Positions 9,882-19,638 are shown, counted from the first letter of the stretch. The stretch: DNA of 64,000 nt from a bacterium (GCA_024228495.1 JAAETJ010000362.1:10308-74307); one strand, 5' to 3'. The notes: generated from the sequence alone by a model not told the origin. A program made the numbers and translations.

Positions 9882-10466
9882 CTAATCCCCTTTTGCGGTT
9901 GAGTTGGGGAGAGGGGCTTCACCTTCCAGCAGATTTTCTCCCTTGCCGGTATAGCTCGGGTCGTTTCCTTTGAGGACATCGACAAATTCATCTATGAGCG
10001 CGGTGGTCAGGATCATCAGCCCGATCAACATGGCGCTTTGCGGGATCCAGACGGGCACAGCGATCATGCCGGCGGAAAGATCGTTAAATTTTAGTGATTC
10101 GTAAACAAGATGGGCGGCGTACCAGGTGAAATAGGCGCTAACCGCCAGCGCTAGAGCAAGGCACCATAATTCGATCACATGCCGGGTCTTTGGACCAGCG
10201 TTCTGGATGAATAATGATACGCGGATATGCCCACCTTCGCGCAGCGTATAAGCCAGCGCCAGAAACGAAGAGGCGGCGAGAAAGAAACCGGTAAAATCAG
10301 CATAAGAGGGGATCGCCAGACCAATCGCCGAACCGGTGGTCATTTTGGCTATGCGATCAATAAGATTGAGAATGACCTGGGCAAAAACCAGCAGACAGAT
10401 CGAGGCAATAAAAGTGGCAGCAAGCAAACCACTCCATTTGTATAAATTATTGAGAAAGGGACGCAT
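9882..10466 (-). CDS. TRAP transporter small permease (DctQ family)
   Basis: 194 aa with 4 hydrophobic helices, located between the SBP and the large permease. Confidence 0.85.
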   Translation of the reverse strand: MRPFLNNLYKWSGLLAATFIASICLLVFAQVILNLIDRIAKMTTGSAIGLAIPSYADFTGFFLAASSFLALAYTLREGGHIRVSLFIQNAGPKTRHVIELWCLALALAVSAYFTWYAAHLVYESLKFNDLSAGMIAVPVWIPQSAMLIGLMILTTALIDEFVDVLKGNDPSYTGKGENLLEGEAPLPNSTAKGD

Positions 10467-10505
10467 GAGAGATCTTTTCGCGATTAAGAGGGCTGGGTTT
10501 TAACT

Positions 10506-10532
10506 GAGGCGGCAATCAATGATTGCCGCCTC
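10506..10532 (-). promoter_or_regulatory. Intercistronic perfect hairpin between TRAP SBP and permease genes
   Basis: gaggcggcaatca-a-tgattgccgcctc has 13-nt perfectly complementary arms. No T-run follows on the minus strand. Likely an mRNA-stability or attenuation element. Confidence 0.5.
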
Positions 10533-10553
10533 AATTGATTTGTTTATATTTTT

Positions 10554-11525
10554 TTATTTTGCGTAGGCCGCGAGGATGCCCTTGCCTTCTTCTCCAGCTG
10601 TTGCTTTCCAGTCGACCATCATTTTGGCGCCGATGGCCTTCAGGCCATCCATCAAAGGAGCGCTGGGATTGACGATTTTGATACCGTTCTTTTTAAGAAT
10701 GGCGGTTTTCGTCGCCGCTTCTGCCTTACTCATTTCCCAGCCTCTTGTTTCGGCTTTTTTGGCAGAGGCGAGCACTGCATCTTGCACATCTTTATCCAGA
10801 CGGCGGAAAGCTTTTTTATTCATCACGACAACATTTTTGGGGACCCATGCCTGAATGTCCGTATAAACAGTGACATAATCCCAGGCTTTGGAGTTGGCGC
10901 CAGTTGAAGGGGAGGTGATCATTGCTTCGACCCGTCCAGTGGCAAAGGCTTGCGGAATATCTGGCACCTGCACCTGTGTTGGCGCAGCTCCGGCATGTTT
11001 GACAAATTTCTCAAGAGTTGGATTGTAAGTTCTGAACTTCAGCCCTTTTAGATCATCAACTGTGTTGATGTCTTTCTTGGTGTAAAGGCTTTGTCCGGGC
11101 CAAGGCACGGAAAACAACACCATCAAACCTTGCTTGTCGAGCAGTTTTTCAACGGCTGGTCGTTGTGCCGCCCATAGTTTGGCAGCATCGCCATAATTAG
11201 TGGCGAGGAATGGCTGAGTATCGATACCAAAGGCCGGGTTTTCATTGGCCAGTAGCCCCATGAAAAATTCGCCGATCGGTACCTGACCGCCGCGAACAGC
11301 TCCTTTGATTTCTTTATGTTTAAACAAGGAGCCAGCCGTATGAAGCTTGATTGTCAGCTTGTTCTTACTGGATTCAGCGACATCTTTGGCAAAGGAAGCA
11401 ATGTTTTGCGTATGGAATGTTTTGTCAGGATAAGGTGTTGGCATATCCCAGGACGCAGCGTGTCCCATGCTTGTTGCGCCGAGCAGCGCAATGCCGGAAA
11501 TCGCCATTTTTAAAAGGGTAGTCAT
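10554..11525 (-). CDS. TRAP transporter substrate-binding protein (DctP family)
   Basis: Signal peptide (LKMAISGIALLGATSMGHA) plus a DctP-like periplasmic domain. First gene of the P-Q-M operon. Confidence 0.9.
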   Translation of the reverse strand: MTTLLKMAISGIALLGATSMGHAASWDMPTPYPDKTFHTQNIASFAKDVAESSKNKLTIKLHTAGSLFKHKEIKGAVRGGQVPIGEFFMGLLANENPAFGIDTQPFLATNYGDAAKLWAAQRPAVEKLLDKQGLMVLFSVPWPGQSLYTKKDINTVDDLKGLKFRTYNPTLEKFVKHAGAAPTQVQVPDIPQAFATGRVEAMITSPSTGANSKAWDYVTVYTDIQAWVPKNVVVMNKKAFRRLDKDVQDAVLASAKKAETRGWEMSKAEAATKTAILKKNGIKIVNPSAPLMDGLKAIGAKMMVDWKATAGEEGKGILAAYAK

Positions 11526-11731
11526 GATACATCTCCCAAGTGTTAAGAAATATTTTTGTTGCTATAGTTGGTTACACCTTATTTTGGTAAATATGCGACA
11601 TTTTGTCAATAAAATATCGACAAAATCATTTTATTGCGCTTATATGATTGTAATTTAGTTGCCAATCGGCCCTTTGAATTTTTGCTATAAAAGAGAGCGG
11701 GGCTGCTTTCAGAATTGAATGGTTTTTTAAC

Positions 11732-12484
11732 ATGCGACCAGTCGAGGCATATGAACATCCAAGATTGTCTATGGTGGGCGAAGCCCTGCTGATTGTCGAA
11801 TTTGGGGTCAAGCTGTCTCCCGACATCAATGATATCGTCATTGCGTTTGATCATTTCCTGCAAGATAATCCCATGAGAGGTTTGCTGGAAAGCGCCCCCA
11901 TGAACAAGTCGGTTGCGCTGCGTTTTGATCCTTTGTATGTGCCACCACAACAGTTTCGAGATAGTGTTTTGGAGCTTGTAGCAGCCTTTGATGCGGCAAC
12001 CAGCGTTGCGGGCATGAAGGCAAGGCGTTGGCGTTTCCCGGTCTGTTATGGCGGCGAAATGGGACCAGATCTGGCCAAGATCGCTGACCAGGCATTTATG
12101 TCAGAGCAAGCGGTCATCGCGGCTCACTGCTCACTCGTTCAGCGAGTTTTCATGATCGGATTTGCGCCAGGGTTCTTGTATACAGGGATGCTGCCAGACA
12201 TGTTCAAACTTCCCAGATTACCAGAAATCAAACCAATGGTATCTGCTGGATCCGTTTCGGTGGCAATCTGTCAAACCGTCATATCGTCAACGCCCAATCC
12301 AACGGGATGGCATGTCATTGGCAGTACGCCGTTCCGCAATTTTGATCCGGACCGCGATCCGCCCTTTTTGATCGGAGCAGGAGACGAGATCGCGTTTTAT
12401 GCAATTGATCTGGAACAATATAAGGATTTGCGCCAGAGCGATCAGCAAGGAATGCAACAGATCGTGCGCGAGGAGGCCGTATGA
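11732..12484 (+). CDS. pxpB: 5-oxoprolinase subunit B (allophanate hydrolase subunit 1 / KipI family)
   Basis: KipI-like sequence (GFAPGFLYTG...GSVSVA..QT). ATGA overlap with the next gene. B-C-A gene order. Confidence 0.85.
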   Translation: MRPVEAYEHPRLSMVGEALLIVEFGVKLSPDINDIVIAFDHFLQDNPMRGLLESAPMNKSVALRFDPLYVPPQQFRDSVLELVAAFDAATSVAGMKARRWRFPVCYGGEMGPDLAKIADQAFMSEQAVIAAHCSLVQRVFMIGFAPGFLYTGMLPDMFKLPRLPEIKPMVSAGSVSVAICQTVISSTPNPTGWHVIGSTPFRNFDPDRDPPFLIGAGDEIAFYAIDLEQYKDLRQSDQQGMQQIVREEAV

Positions 12485-13530
12485 TCAGCGCGTTGAAAAT
12501 TCTCCGAGCTGGGCCTTATATCTCTGTGCAAGATGAGGGGCGTTCGGGTTGGCTGCGCTCCGGCGTCTCGCAAGGCGGTGCGATGGATGGGCGCGCGTTG
12601 GAAGAAGGGCGATTGCTGGTGGGTAATGAACGCGGACTTGCCGCCCTTGAAATGCTGGGGCTTGGGGGGCGCTTCGAGGTGATGGGCAGCCCGCTCACTC
12701 TGGCGCTAAGCGGGGCGAGTTTTGCGGCAAAAGTAGAGGGAAAAGCGATTGATCCCTTGACTAGCTTTACGCTTCAGCCGGGGCAGGTGCTGGAAATTGG
12801 ATCTGCCAAGAGTGGTAACTATGGTACCCTTTCTATCTCTGGCGGCATTGATGTCAAGCCAGTGCTTGGCTCGCGATCAACGCATATCCGCGCCGGGTTT
12901 GGAGGATTTGAAGGACGCCTTTTGAAGCGGGGCGATGTACTGCCCATTGGCGAAGCGGCGGGTCAATCGCGCGGATTGTCTCTCGTGCTGGAAAAGCGGC
13001 TAGCAAATGAAAAAATTCGGATTATATGGGGGGCGCAAGCTTCATTGTTTGACGAGAATGAGTTGCAGCGTTTTATCGATACAAAATTCGAGGTCACCCA
13101 TGAGATTGACCGGATGGGGGCGTGTCTTGCAACCGATGCCGCGCCCATTCATTCCGAGCAAGGGCTGGTGGCTATTTCGGGAGCCATTGCACTTGGTGAT
13201 ATTCAGGTCGCAGGGGGGGGGCGCCCGGTTGTTTTGCTGGCTGATCGCCAGCCGACCGGTGGCTACCCGCGCATCGGCACAATCATCGCCGCAGATCTGG
13301 CAGATTTTGTCCAGAGGCCAGCTGGTGCCAGCGTAGAGTTTTGCCCGGTATCTGAAGAGGAAGCCATCAAAGCCTATCATAAAATGCACATCGAACAAAT
13401 GATGTTACCTGAACAACTTGTCAGAGACTTTGGCGATCCATATGACTCGCATAGATTATTGTCGAAAAACCTGATCAGTGGAGCTGTTGGAAGCATTCGA
13501 AATGCAAGCGATAAGGATCGTTTTTCATGA
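12481..13530 (+). CDS. pxpC: 5-oxoprolinase subunit C (allophanate hydrolase subunit 2 / KipA family)
   Basis: KipA-like sequence (GPYISVQDEGR..G...GVSQGGAMD; QPTGGYPRIGTII). Overlaps both neighbouring genes. Confidence 0.85.
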   Translation: MISALKILRAGPYISVQDEGRSGWLRSGVSQGGAMDGRALEEGRLLVGNERGLAALEMLGLGGRFEVMGSPLTLALSGASFAAKVEGKAIDPLTSFTLQPGQVLEIGSAKSGNYGTLSISGGIDVKPVLGSRSTHIRAGFGGFEGRLLKRGDVLPIGEAAGQSRGLSLVLEKRLANEKIRIIWGAQASLFDENELQRFIDTKFEVTHEIDRMGACLATDAAPIHSEQGLVAISGAIALGDIQVAGGGRPVVLLADRQPTGGYPRIGTIIAADLADFVQRPAGASVEFCPVSEEEAIKAYHKMHIEQMMLPEQLVRDFGDPYDSHRLLSKNLISGAVGSIRNASDKDRFS

Positions 13531-14285
13531 TCTCAATTGACCTCAATGCCGATCTTGGTGAAAGTTTTGGCTCACTGCGGATGCACAATGATGCGGCTAT
13601 GCTGGATATTGTCACGAGCGCCAATATCGCCTGCGGATTTCATGCCGGTGATTCCTTACAAATGAGCGAGGTCACTGAGCTGGCGCTAGCCAAAAATGTA
13701 GCGATTGGTGCTCATCCGGGCTTTAATGATCGCCGCGGTTTCGGGCGCCGCCGCCTCAATGATATTCCAGACAAGCAGCTATCGGCTGATCTCATCTACC
13801 AGGTCGGCGCCTTGCAGGCGATTGCTCATGCACAAGGTGGGCAGGTCAGTCAGATAAAGCTGCATGGGGCTCTTGCCAATATGGTTTGCGAGGATTTTCA
13901 AATGGCGCAATTGTGCGTGCGCGCGATCAGTGCCATCGACAATAGTCTTGGCATATTGGTGATGCCCAACACGGAGCTGGAAAAAGCCGCCAAGCTTGAG
14001 GGCTGTCCAATCATTCGCGAAATTTATGCGGACCGCGCCTATAGTGAAGACGCAACATTGGTCTCGCGCGATCAAGTCGGTGCCATGATCGAAGATCCGC
14101 ATCTGGCGGCAGATCGCATGCTTGACGCGTTGGAAAGCGGCATGATTACCTCTATTAGCGGCAAGCGCATTGAGATGAAGGGGGATAGTATTTGCGTGCA
14201 TGGCGATAATCCGCATGCGATCAAAATGGCGCAAACAATCCGCGAGCGATTGGAGAAAGCCGGTATTCGTGTTGAAACGGGGTAG
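13527..14285 (+). CDS. pxpA: 5-oxoprolinase subunit A (LamB/YcsF family)
   Basis: N-terminus IDLNADLGESFG and motifs ACGFHAGD, IGAHPG and KLHGALAN. Confidence 0.9.
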   Translation: MISIDLNADLGESFGSLRMHNDAAMLDIVTSANIACGFHAGDSLQMSEVTELALAKNVAIGAHPGFNDRRGFGRRRLNDIPDKQLSADLIYQVGALQAIAHAQGGQVSQIKLHGALANMVCEDFQMAQLCVRAISAIDNSLGILVMPNTELEKAAKLEGCPIIREIYADRAYSEDATLVSRDQVGAMIEDPHLAADRMLDALESGMITSISGKRIEMKGDSICVHGDNPHAIKMAQTIRERLEKAGIRVETG

Positions 14286-14609
14286 GAAAACAGCCATTCC
14301 AGAACGAAAAATAGGCGCGCGTTGGCACGGTGCATGTGGATCGCCCTGGTAGGGGACGATTTGCGTGACCCGTAGCGTCTCGTTCGAGGTTTCGCCTTGG
14401 ACAAATCTTGCTCCTGGCATCGGCAACCAAGACAAGTGTTATCTCTTAGTTCAGATTTACACATGGTTGAAATCAAAGGAAAATACCTATTGTTACTTGG
14501 AGTATGAACCGACATATTTTCGTAAATACCAGAGCGCAAAGTTTCATTGCTTTTTGCTTGCACGAAATCTATCTTGCGCAAGAAGATGATTGAAAAAGGT
14601 GAAAAACTC

Positions 14610-15830
14610 ATGGTAGGTGTGGTGATTGTGGGAGCAGGGCAGGCGGGGTATCAATGCGCTGAGAGTCTGCGTCTTGAAGGCTATGGGGGAGCTATCACGT
14701 TGGTCGGGGACGAGCCACTTCTTCCCTATCAGCGGCCACCGCTTTCCAAGGATTATTTATTGGGTAAAACGGATGCCGAGCGCATCCAATATCGCCCCAA
14801 GGCCTTTTACGAACAAAGCCCGGTCACGCTTTTGCTCGATACATCAGCTGTTGCCATCAATGCGGATGCCAATAGCCTTGCGCTGTCAAATGGCCAAACC
14901 CTTGTCTATGACGCGCTCATTCTGGCTACCGGCGCGCGGGTGCGCAAACTGTCGATCAAGGGATCGGAGCTGGACGGCGTTTGCTATCTACGTACGCTCA
15001 AGGATGTGGATGATATTGGCGAGCGTCTGAAATCAGCGCGCCATGTCATGGTGATTGGCGCGGGGTTCATCGGACTGGAATTTGCAGCTGTCGCTAGCAT
15101 GCTTGGTAAAAGCGTGCAGGTATTGGAGACGATGGACCGCGTCATGGCGCGGGTGGTTGAACCAGAACTCTCAAATTTTTTTACGCAATTGCATGAAAGC
15201 CACGGGGTCGAGATCATCTGTAATGCGCAAGCCGATGAGTTGATTGGCGTAGGCGGACATGTGAGCGGCGTAAAAACGGCTGACGGGCGATTACTTCAAG
15301 CTGATCTTGTGGTGATTGGTATAGGTGTTGTACCAAATCTGGAGTTGGCCGAAGTGGCGGGGCTCTTGTGTGGCAATGGCATTATTGTCAATGAGTTCGG
15401 GCAAACATCCATTGCAAATATATACGCCTGTGGGGATTGTGCGTCCTATCAACACCCCTTTGTGGCGCAGGCCATTCGTTTGGAATCGGTTCAAAACGCG
15501 GGGGATCAGGCGCGGGCGGTTGCCGCTAAAGTTGCTGGCAAAGACAAACCCTATGGCGCGGTACCTTGGTTTTGGTCGGATCAATATGATGTCAAATTGC
15601 AAATGGCTGGCCTGACGCTGGGCTGTGATGCGTTTATCGTGCGCGGCGATATCAGTAGTGGCAGTTTTTCCTTGATGCATTTTAAGCAAGGTCGTTTGCG
15701 CGCGGTCGAAGCCATCAATCAGCCGCGCGACTATATTGTGGGCCGTAAATTACTGGAAAAGGACCTCTCTCCCACAATGGGACAGGCCGTGGACAGCTCG
15801 TTCAATTTGAAATCTTTGCTCACATTATAG
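14610..15830 (+). CDS. FAD-dependent NAD(P)H:ferredoxin/rubredoxin reductase-like oxidoreductase
   Basis: VVIVGAGQAGYQ dinucleotide fold, LPYQRPPLSK, a second GAGFIGLE fold, and the C-terminal reductase domain. The Met at 14610 sits directly before the GxGxxG motif. Confidence 0.85.
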   Translation: MVGVVIVGAGQAGYQCAESLRLEGYGGAITLVGDEPLLPYQRPPLSKDYLLGKTDAERIQYRPKAFYEQSPVTLLLDTSAVAINADANSLALSNGQTLVYDALILATGARVRKLSIKGSELDGVCYLRTLKDVDDIGERLKSARHVMVIGAGFIGLEFAAVASMLGKSVQVLETMDRVMARVVEPELSNFFTQLHESHGVEIICNAQADELIGVGGHVSGVKTADGRLLQADLVVIGIGVVPNLELAEVAGLLCGNGIIVNEFGQTSIANIYACGDCASYQHPFVAQAIRLESVQNAGDQARAVAAKVAGKDKPYGAVPWFWSDQYDVKLQMAGLTLGCDAFIVRGDISSGSFSLMHFKQGRLRAVEAINQPRDYIVGRKLLEKDLSPTMGQAVDSSFNLKSLLTL

Positions 15831-15946
15831 GGAACCTTTGACTATAATTATTCCCGAAATCTCGTTGATAAGATGCACGAGAATAGCTATGGTTAAGAAA
15901 TCCTTAACTTGGTGTTCTTGTCGTTTTTGCATCGGGGAGTTGTTTC

Positions 15947-16831
15947 GTGATGGGTAAGAGTTTCAGCCGGATCGGGTGCCTGTTTGTGTTTCTTTCGGCC
16001 CTTTGGTTTATTATGGCAACCCCCTTGCTGGCCGAAGATATTGCCCATCGGCGCATTATTGGCTTTTCTCCTGACGGCACCTCTTTTGCCTTTGAACAAT
16101 CAGGCATTGAGAATGGTTCGGGGCGGGCGTACGCGCATGTTTTCCTGATCGAGACAGGGCGCAATAAGTGGGTCAAGGGGGTGCCGTTCCGGGTCACGGC
16201 CAGAGGATCTGGGAAGTTACGTGCAGCACGGCAAAAAGTACGCCGGGGTGCCCGTAACACATTGGCGCGTTACCGCATCAACCGCAAAGGCGTGGTGCTG
16301 GCCAGCAATCCTATTACCGAGCTCAACGCCGATCCCCACAAGGTAACTGTTCTCACAAGGCGCACCATACGCGAGCTTGACGAACCACTGGTGTTTTACA
16401 TTGAAGAGGTGAGGATCAGGATCCCTCGGTGCTACCGAGCGACTTCAAAACGCATCAAGGGCATGATTATTCGCGTGCGCCGCAAAGGCGGGCATCGACA
16501 AGTGCTGCATGAAGACAAACGTATTCCCAAAAGTCGTGGTTGTCCCACCAGTTATGGGATCGAGGATATTATTCATCTTAAAAAGAGGAGCGGTGGCGCT
16601 GTTTATGCGGTGATTTACAGCTTTATTCGTGCCGGGAGTGATGTGCAAGAGCGCCGCTTTATCGCTGGCGGCTGGCATGATGATGGTGGCGACTATCAAG
16701 AACCAGAGCACTATCGCGACCTCTACGATTATTATGGCGGGTCTGAATATTCCAATCAGAATGATCGAGATGATCGTAACAGCGGTAATGACCGTAACGA
16801 CAGAAATGATCGTGACCGATATAGATGTTAA
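15947..16831 (+). CDS. Secreted DUF2259-like protein with D/R/N-rich C-terminal tail
   Basis: Signal peptide, then IIGFSPDGTSFAFEQSGIENGSGRAYAHVFLIE. GGGGAG SD lies 7 nt before GTG 15947. The tail is NQNDRDDRNSGNDRNDRNDRDRY. Confidence 0.6.
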   Translation: MMGKSFSRIGCLFVFLSALWFIMATPLLAEDIAHRRIIGFSPDGTSFAFEQSGIENGSGRAYAHVFLIETGRNKWVKGVPFRVTARGSGKLRAARQKVRRGARNTLARYRINRKGVVLASNPITELNADPHKVTVLTRRTIRELDEPLVFYIEEVRIRIPRCYRATSKRIKGMIIRVRRKGGHRQVLHEDKRIPKSRGCPTSYGIEDIIHLKKRSGGAVYAVIYSFIRAGSDVQERRFIAGGWHDDGGDYQEPEHYRDLYDYYGGSEYSNQNDRDDRNSGNDRNDRNDRDRYRC

Positions 16832-16881
16832 GCTAGCTCAAACAGCGTTCTTTGATTGCTCTAAAGATGGAGGTGATGGTG

Positions 16882-17085
16882 ATGAGTTTTGAAAAGCTTC
16901 AAACAGAAATCAGTCTGCTGCTGATGGAAATGAAGAATCAACCTCAAGATGTGCATGAATTGCATGAGGTGCTGCGCGAGAAAATCAATCAAATGCGTGC
17001 CTTTGGCATGCCTATCCCTGCAGATTTTCTCGAACTCGAAAAAAAGCTTGAAGCCAGCTTTCTCAGTGCAAAAGATGCCTCTTGA
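16882..17085 (+). CDS. Small acidic hypothetical protein (67 aa)
   Basis: MSFEKLQTEISLLLMEMKNQPQDVHELHEVLREKINQMRAFGMPIP... Coding-like codon use. No family recognised. Confidence 0.45.
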   Translation: MSFEKLQTEISLLLMEMKNQPQDVHELHEVLREKINQMRAFGMPIPADFLELEKKLEASFLSAKDAS

Positions 17086-17195
17086 CGCCGGTGGATGCTT
17101 GCTGGAAATCATTCATTAACCAAGGTTTTTAGTATTGGCGCGCTAAAGTTCAATGTTCAACCTTCATTAAGTCCTAGAGACGATACTCGTCTTTA

Positions 17196-18503
17196 ATGGG
17201 TGTTAAGCGGGTGTGCGGCCTGTCTTGTTACCATGTATTGAAGTTGCGTTTTAGGGGCCAGTTGGTTCCCAGGGGTAGTAAAGTTTTGCGTCAAGTTATC
17301 TCCTTGTTCAAGAGCCTCCAGTTTGCTCGTCCCTCTCTCTTTTCGTGGCCGATTGGCGCGTGCGCTGAGGCATCATTGGAGAGCGGGTTCTCCTTACAAA
17401 AAATAGTTCGGCTTGGCAGCGACTTTGTTACCGTGGTTCAGCGAACTGGTGAAGTCGACGATTGTTCTTTCTCAAGTAAAAATTTTCATGGCCTGGATAA
17501 ATCCGACCTGCTTGAGAATGGTTTCATGGAGCTCGTGCATATTGGTGATCGCCCTGCTGTTCTGGCGGCATTTGGTGAAGCGGTTCATGAGAAACAACAA
17601 GTGCAGGTTGAACTGCGTCTTCGTTGTCACCCCAATAAAGACACCGGTAATTATTTTCTCTGGATAGAGCTTGTCTGCTCTTCCCTGGAAAGCGCAGGAA
17701 AGGAACAGATTTTGTGTTTGGCTCGCGACATTTCCCAGTGGAAAGAACGCGAAGCCCAATTGATCGCTCGCGAACAAGCGGCCCACGATCAAATTGAAAC
17801 CAAAACCCGTTTACTCGTAAATATGAGCCATGAATTGCGTACGCCACTGAACACAATTATCGGCTTTTCCCAAATGATGAAACTGCCAGGTGTCACTTCT
17901 CAAAATGAGCGTCAAATGGTGGAATATGCAGGCATCATATTTGACAGTGGTCAAGATTTGCTAGGAGTTGTCGATGAAGTTCTTGATATGTCTCAATTTG
18001 ATGCCGGAGAATATGAGCTTGCCCCGGAGATATTTAGTGTGTCCGATCTGGTCTCGGCCAGTGTGGAGCTTGTACAACTTGAAGCAAAAGAGAAAAAGGT
18101 TCGCTTCTTGATCACCAGTCATGAAGATGATTTGCAGATGAATGCCGATTTGGCTGCCTGTAAACAGGCGCTTGCCGAGCTGCTGGCTGCGCAGATCAAA
18201 GGCGCAGCAGGTGGCAGGGTCCACTTGAAGGTCAAGATGGCTGACGGGGCGGTGCTATTTGTCGTGACCGCGTCCCTGTTCGATATCGGTGGCGAAATCG
18301 TTGGTTTTAAAGCTGGATTGCAAGTGAAGAACCTCGTTGATGTTTTGTCTGGCACTCTCGATGTGACGGACAGTCAAAGCGCTCGCAATGAAGTCGTTCT
18401 CCAACTTCCGCAAAATCTTTGTGAGAACACAAAAACCTGCAATATTGTCTCCCTTGCTCCGCAGATAGATGAGCCTGCGTCGTATTTGCGCAAAACGGCT
18501 TAG
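17196..18503 (+). CDS. PAS-containing histidine kinase-like protein with intact H-box but degenerate ATP-binding domain
   Basis: H-box MSHELRTPLNTIIGFSQMM. The expected N-box position reads LAELLAAQIKGA, the G1 position reads FDIGGEI and the G2 position reads GFKAGLQV. The true start is uncertain and is probably downstream of 17196. Confidence 0.7.
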   Translation: MGVKRVCGLSCYHVLKLRFRGQLVPRGSKVLRQVISLFKSLQFARPSLFSWPIGACAEASLESGFSLQKIVRLGSDFVTVVQRTGEVDDCSFSSKNFHGLDKSDLLENGFMELVHIGDRPAVLAAFGEAVHEKQQVQVELRLRCHPNKDTGNYFLWIELVCSSLESAGKEQILCLARDISQWKEREAQLIAREQAAHDQIETKTRLLVNMSHELRTPLNTIIGFSQMMKLPGVTSQNERQMVEYAGIIFDSGQDLLGVVDEVLDMSQFDAGEYELAPEIFSVSDLVSASVELVQLEAKEKKVRFLITSHEDDLQMNADLAACKQALAELLAAQIKGAAGGRVHLKVKMADGAVLFVVTASLFDIGGEIVGFKAGLQVKNLVDVLSGTLDVTDSQSARNEVVLQLPQNLCENTKTCNIVSLAPQIDEPASYLRKTA

Positions 18504-18577
18504 CTGAAGTCATTTGTCTTGGTGGATTACCCGATGTGATCCGTTTGTTTTAAGCGTTGTTAGTAGTTGGTGTGAAA

Positions 18578-19219
18578 ATGGAACCGCAACAGGCTCGTTT
18601 GACATTTGTCGCCTTTTTGGCGCTCTCGGGGTTTATTGTTTTTAACGCCCTTTTTATGCAAAAAGATGCAGAATTTATGCTGCGCGTCGGTACCGATAAC
18701 GCCGCGCTCAAAGGTAATACGAGCAATGTGCTTCAGACAATGAGAGGCAATCATTCCTTCAAGGGCGACAAGTTACATATCGCTATCCGGCGTGAACTTT
18801 CCCAGCTCCAGTATTTCCCTGGCGCTCGCTCAAGCAGACTTGACGGGCGTCTTGACGCCATGACAATGGGGGCGATCATGGCCTATCAATATGATCTCGG
18901 TCTGCCTGTAGACGGGGTGGCCAGCAATACTTTGCTGAAGAGCATGTTATTTGGCGCGACGAAATCGGCAGACCAACCAAAAACCATGCCACAAATGGGC
19001 TTGGAAACACGTCAGCTGGTTGCCGAGATTCAAGGTATTTTATCTGTCAAGGGACATTATCGTGGAAAAATAGACGGTATTTTCAAAGGCCAGACGATAG
19101 AGGCTGTGAAGCGCTTCGAGCGTCGCGCTGGCCTTCCTGTGACTGGCCGGGTTTCTGGTCTACTGGTTCAGGAATTGACCCGCCGGACGGGTGTTGCATT
19201 CAGCGCATCCCAGAAATAG
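18578..19219 (+). CDS. Membrane-anchored protein with two peptidoglycan-binding (PG_binding_1-like) repeats
   Basis: N-terminal TM segment (LTFVAFLALSGFIVFNALF). Repeats LDGRLDAMTMGAIMAYQYDLGLPVDG and IDGIFKGQTIEAVKRFERRAGLPVTG. Confidence 0.7.
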   Translation: MEPQQARLTFVAFLALSGFIVFNALFMQKDAEFMLRVGTDNAALKGNTSNVLQTMRGNHSFKGDKLHIAIRRELSQLQYFPGARSSRLDGRLDAMTMGAIMAYQYDLGLPVDGVASNTLLKSMLFGATKSADQPKTMPQMGLETRQLVAEIQGILSVKGHYRGKIDGIFKGQTIEAVKRFERRAGLPVTGRVSGLLVQELTRRTGVAFSASQK

Positions 19220-19287
19220 TTGTTTTTATTGCCTTTATTTAAAATGAACGCTTGCTTACAGCAAAGCGAATCAGCCATTTCTTTCTC

Positions 19288-19638
19288 ATGCGAGTGAAAA
19301 CAGAAATTTGGGTGAAAGCTTATTTGCGACGTTGCATGAGCGAAGGCTGCGCGGGATATATTATCGCGTCAGGTGACGATTACGCGGGAGCTGTGTTTAT
19401 TCATATTGATAATCTTGATGGTGAACACTGGCTTTATGGGCCAGCTCCTGCTGGCATGGCTGAAACCAATGATGAGCGCCGCTGGTGTTCGTGCTTTCCC
19501 CAATTACCCATCACGTCAGAGCAGACCCAAAGCTATCTTGCGGATCAAAAAAGATATGATCCAGACCTTTGGATCGTTGAGGTTGAAGACAAACAGGGGC
19601 GTCATTTTCTCGATGACCAACTGGTTGAGCAAGGCTGA
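19288..19638 (+). CDS. DUF1491-family protein
   Basis: MRVKTEIWVKAYLRRC...GAVFIHIDNLDGEHWLYGPAP matches my recollection of the DUF1491 N-terminus, which is conserved in alphaproteobacteria. Confidence 0.6.
   Translation: MRVKTEIWVKAYLRRCMSEGCAGYIIASGDDYAGAVFIHIDNLDGEHWLYGPAPAGMAETNDERRWCSCFPQLPITSEQTQSYLADQKRYDPDLWIVEVEDKQGRHFLDDQLVEQG

Noticed and set aside
13779-14611. Minus-strand ORFs of 218 and 179 aa overlapping pxpA and the downstream spacer
   Set aside because: They are antisense to pxpA, which has strong LamB/YcsF motifs. They continue through non-coding DNA without an SD.
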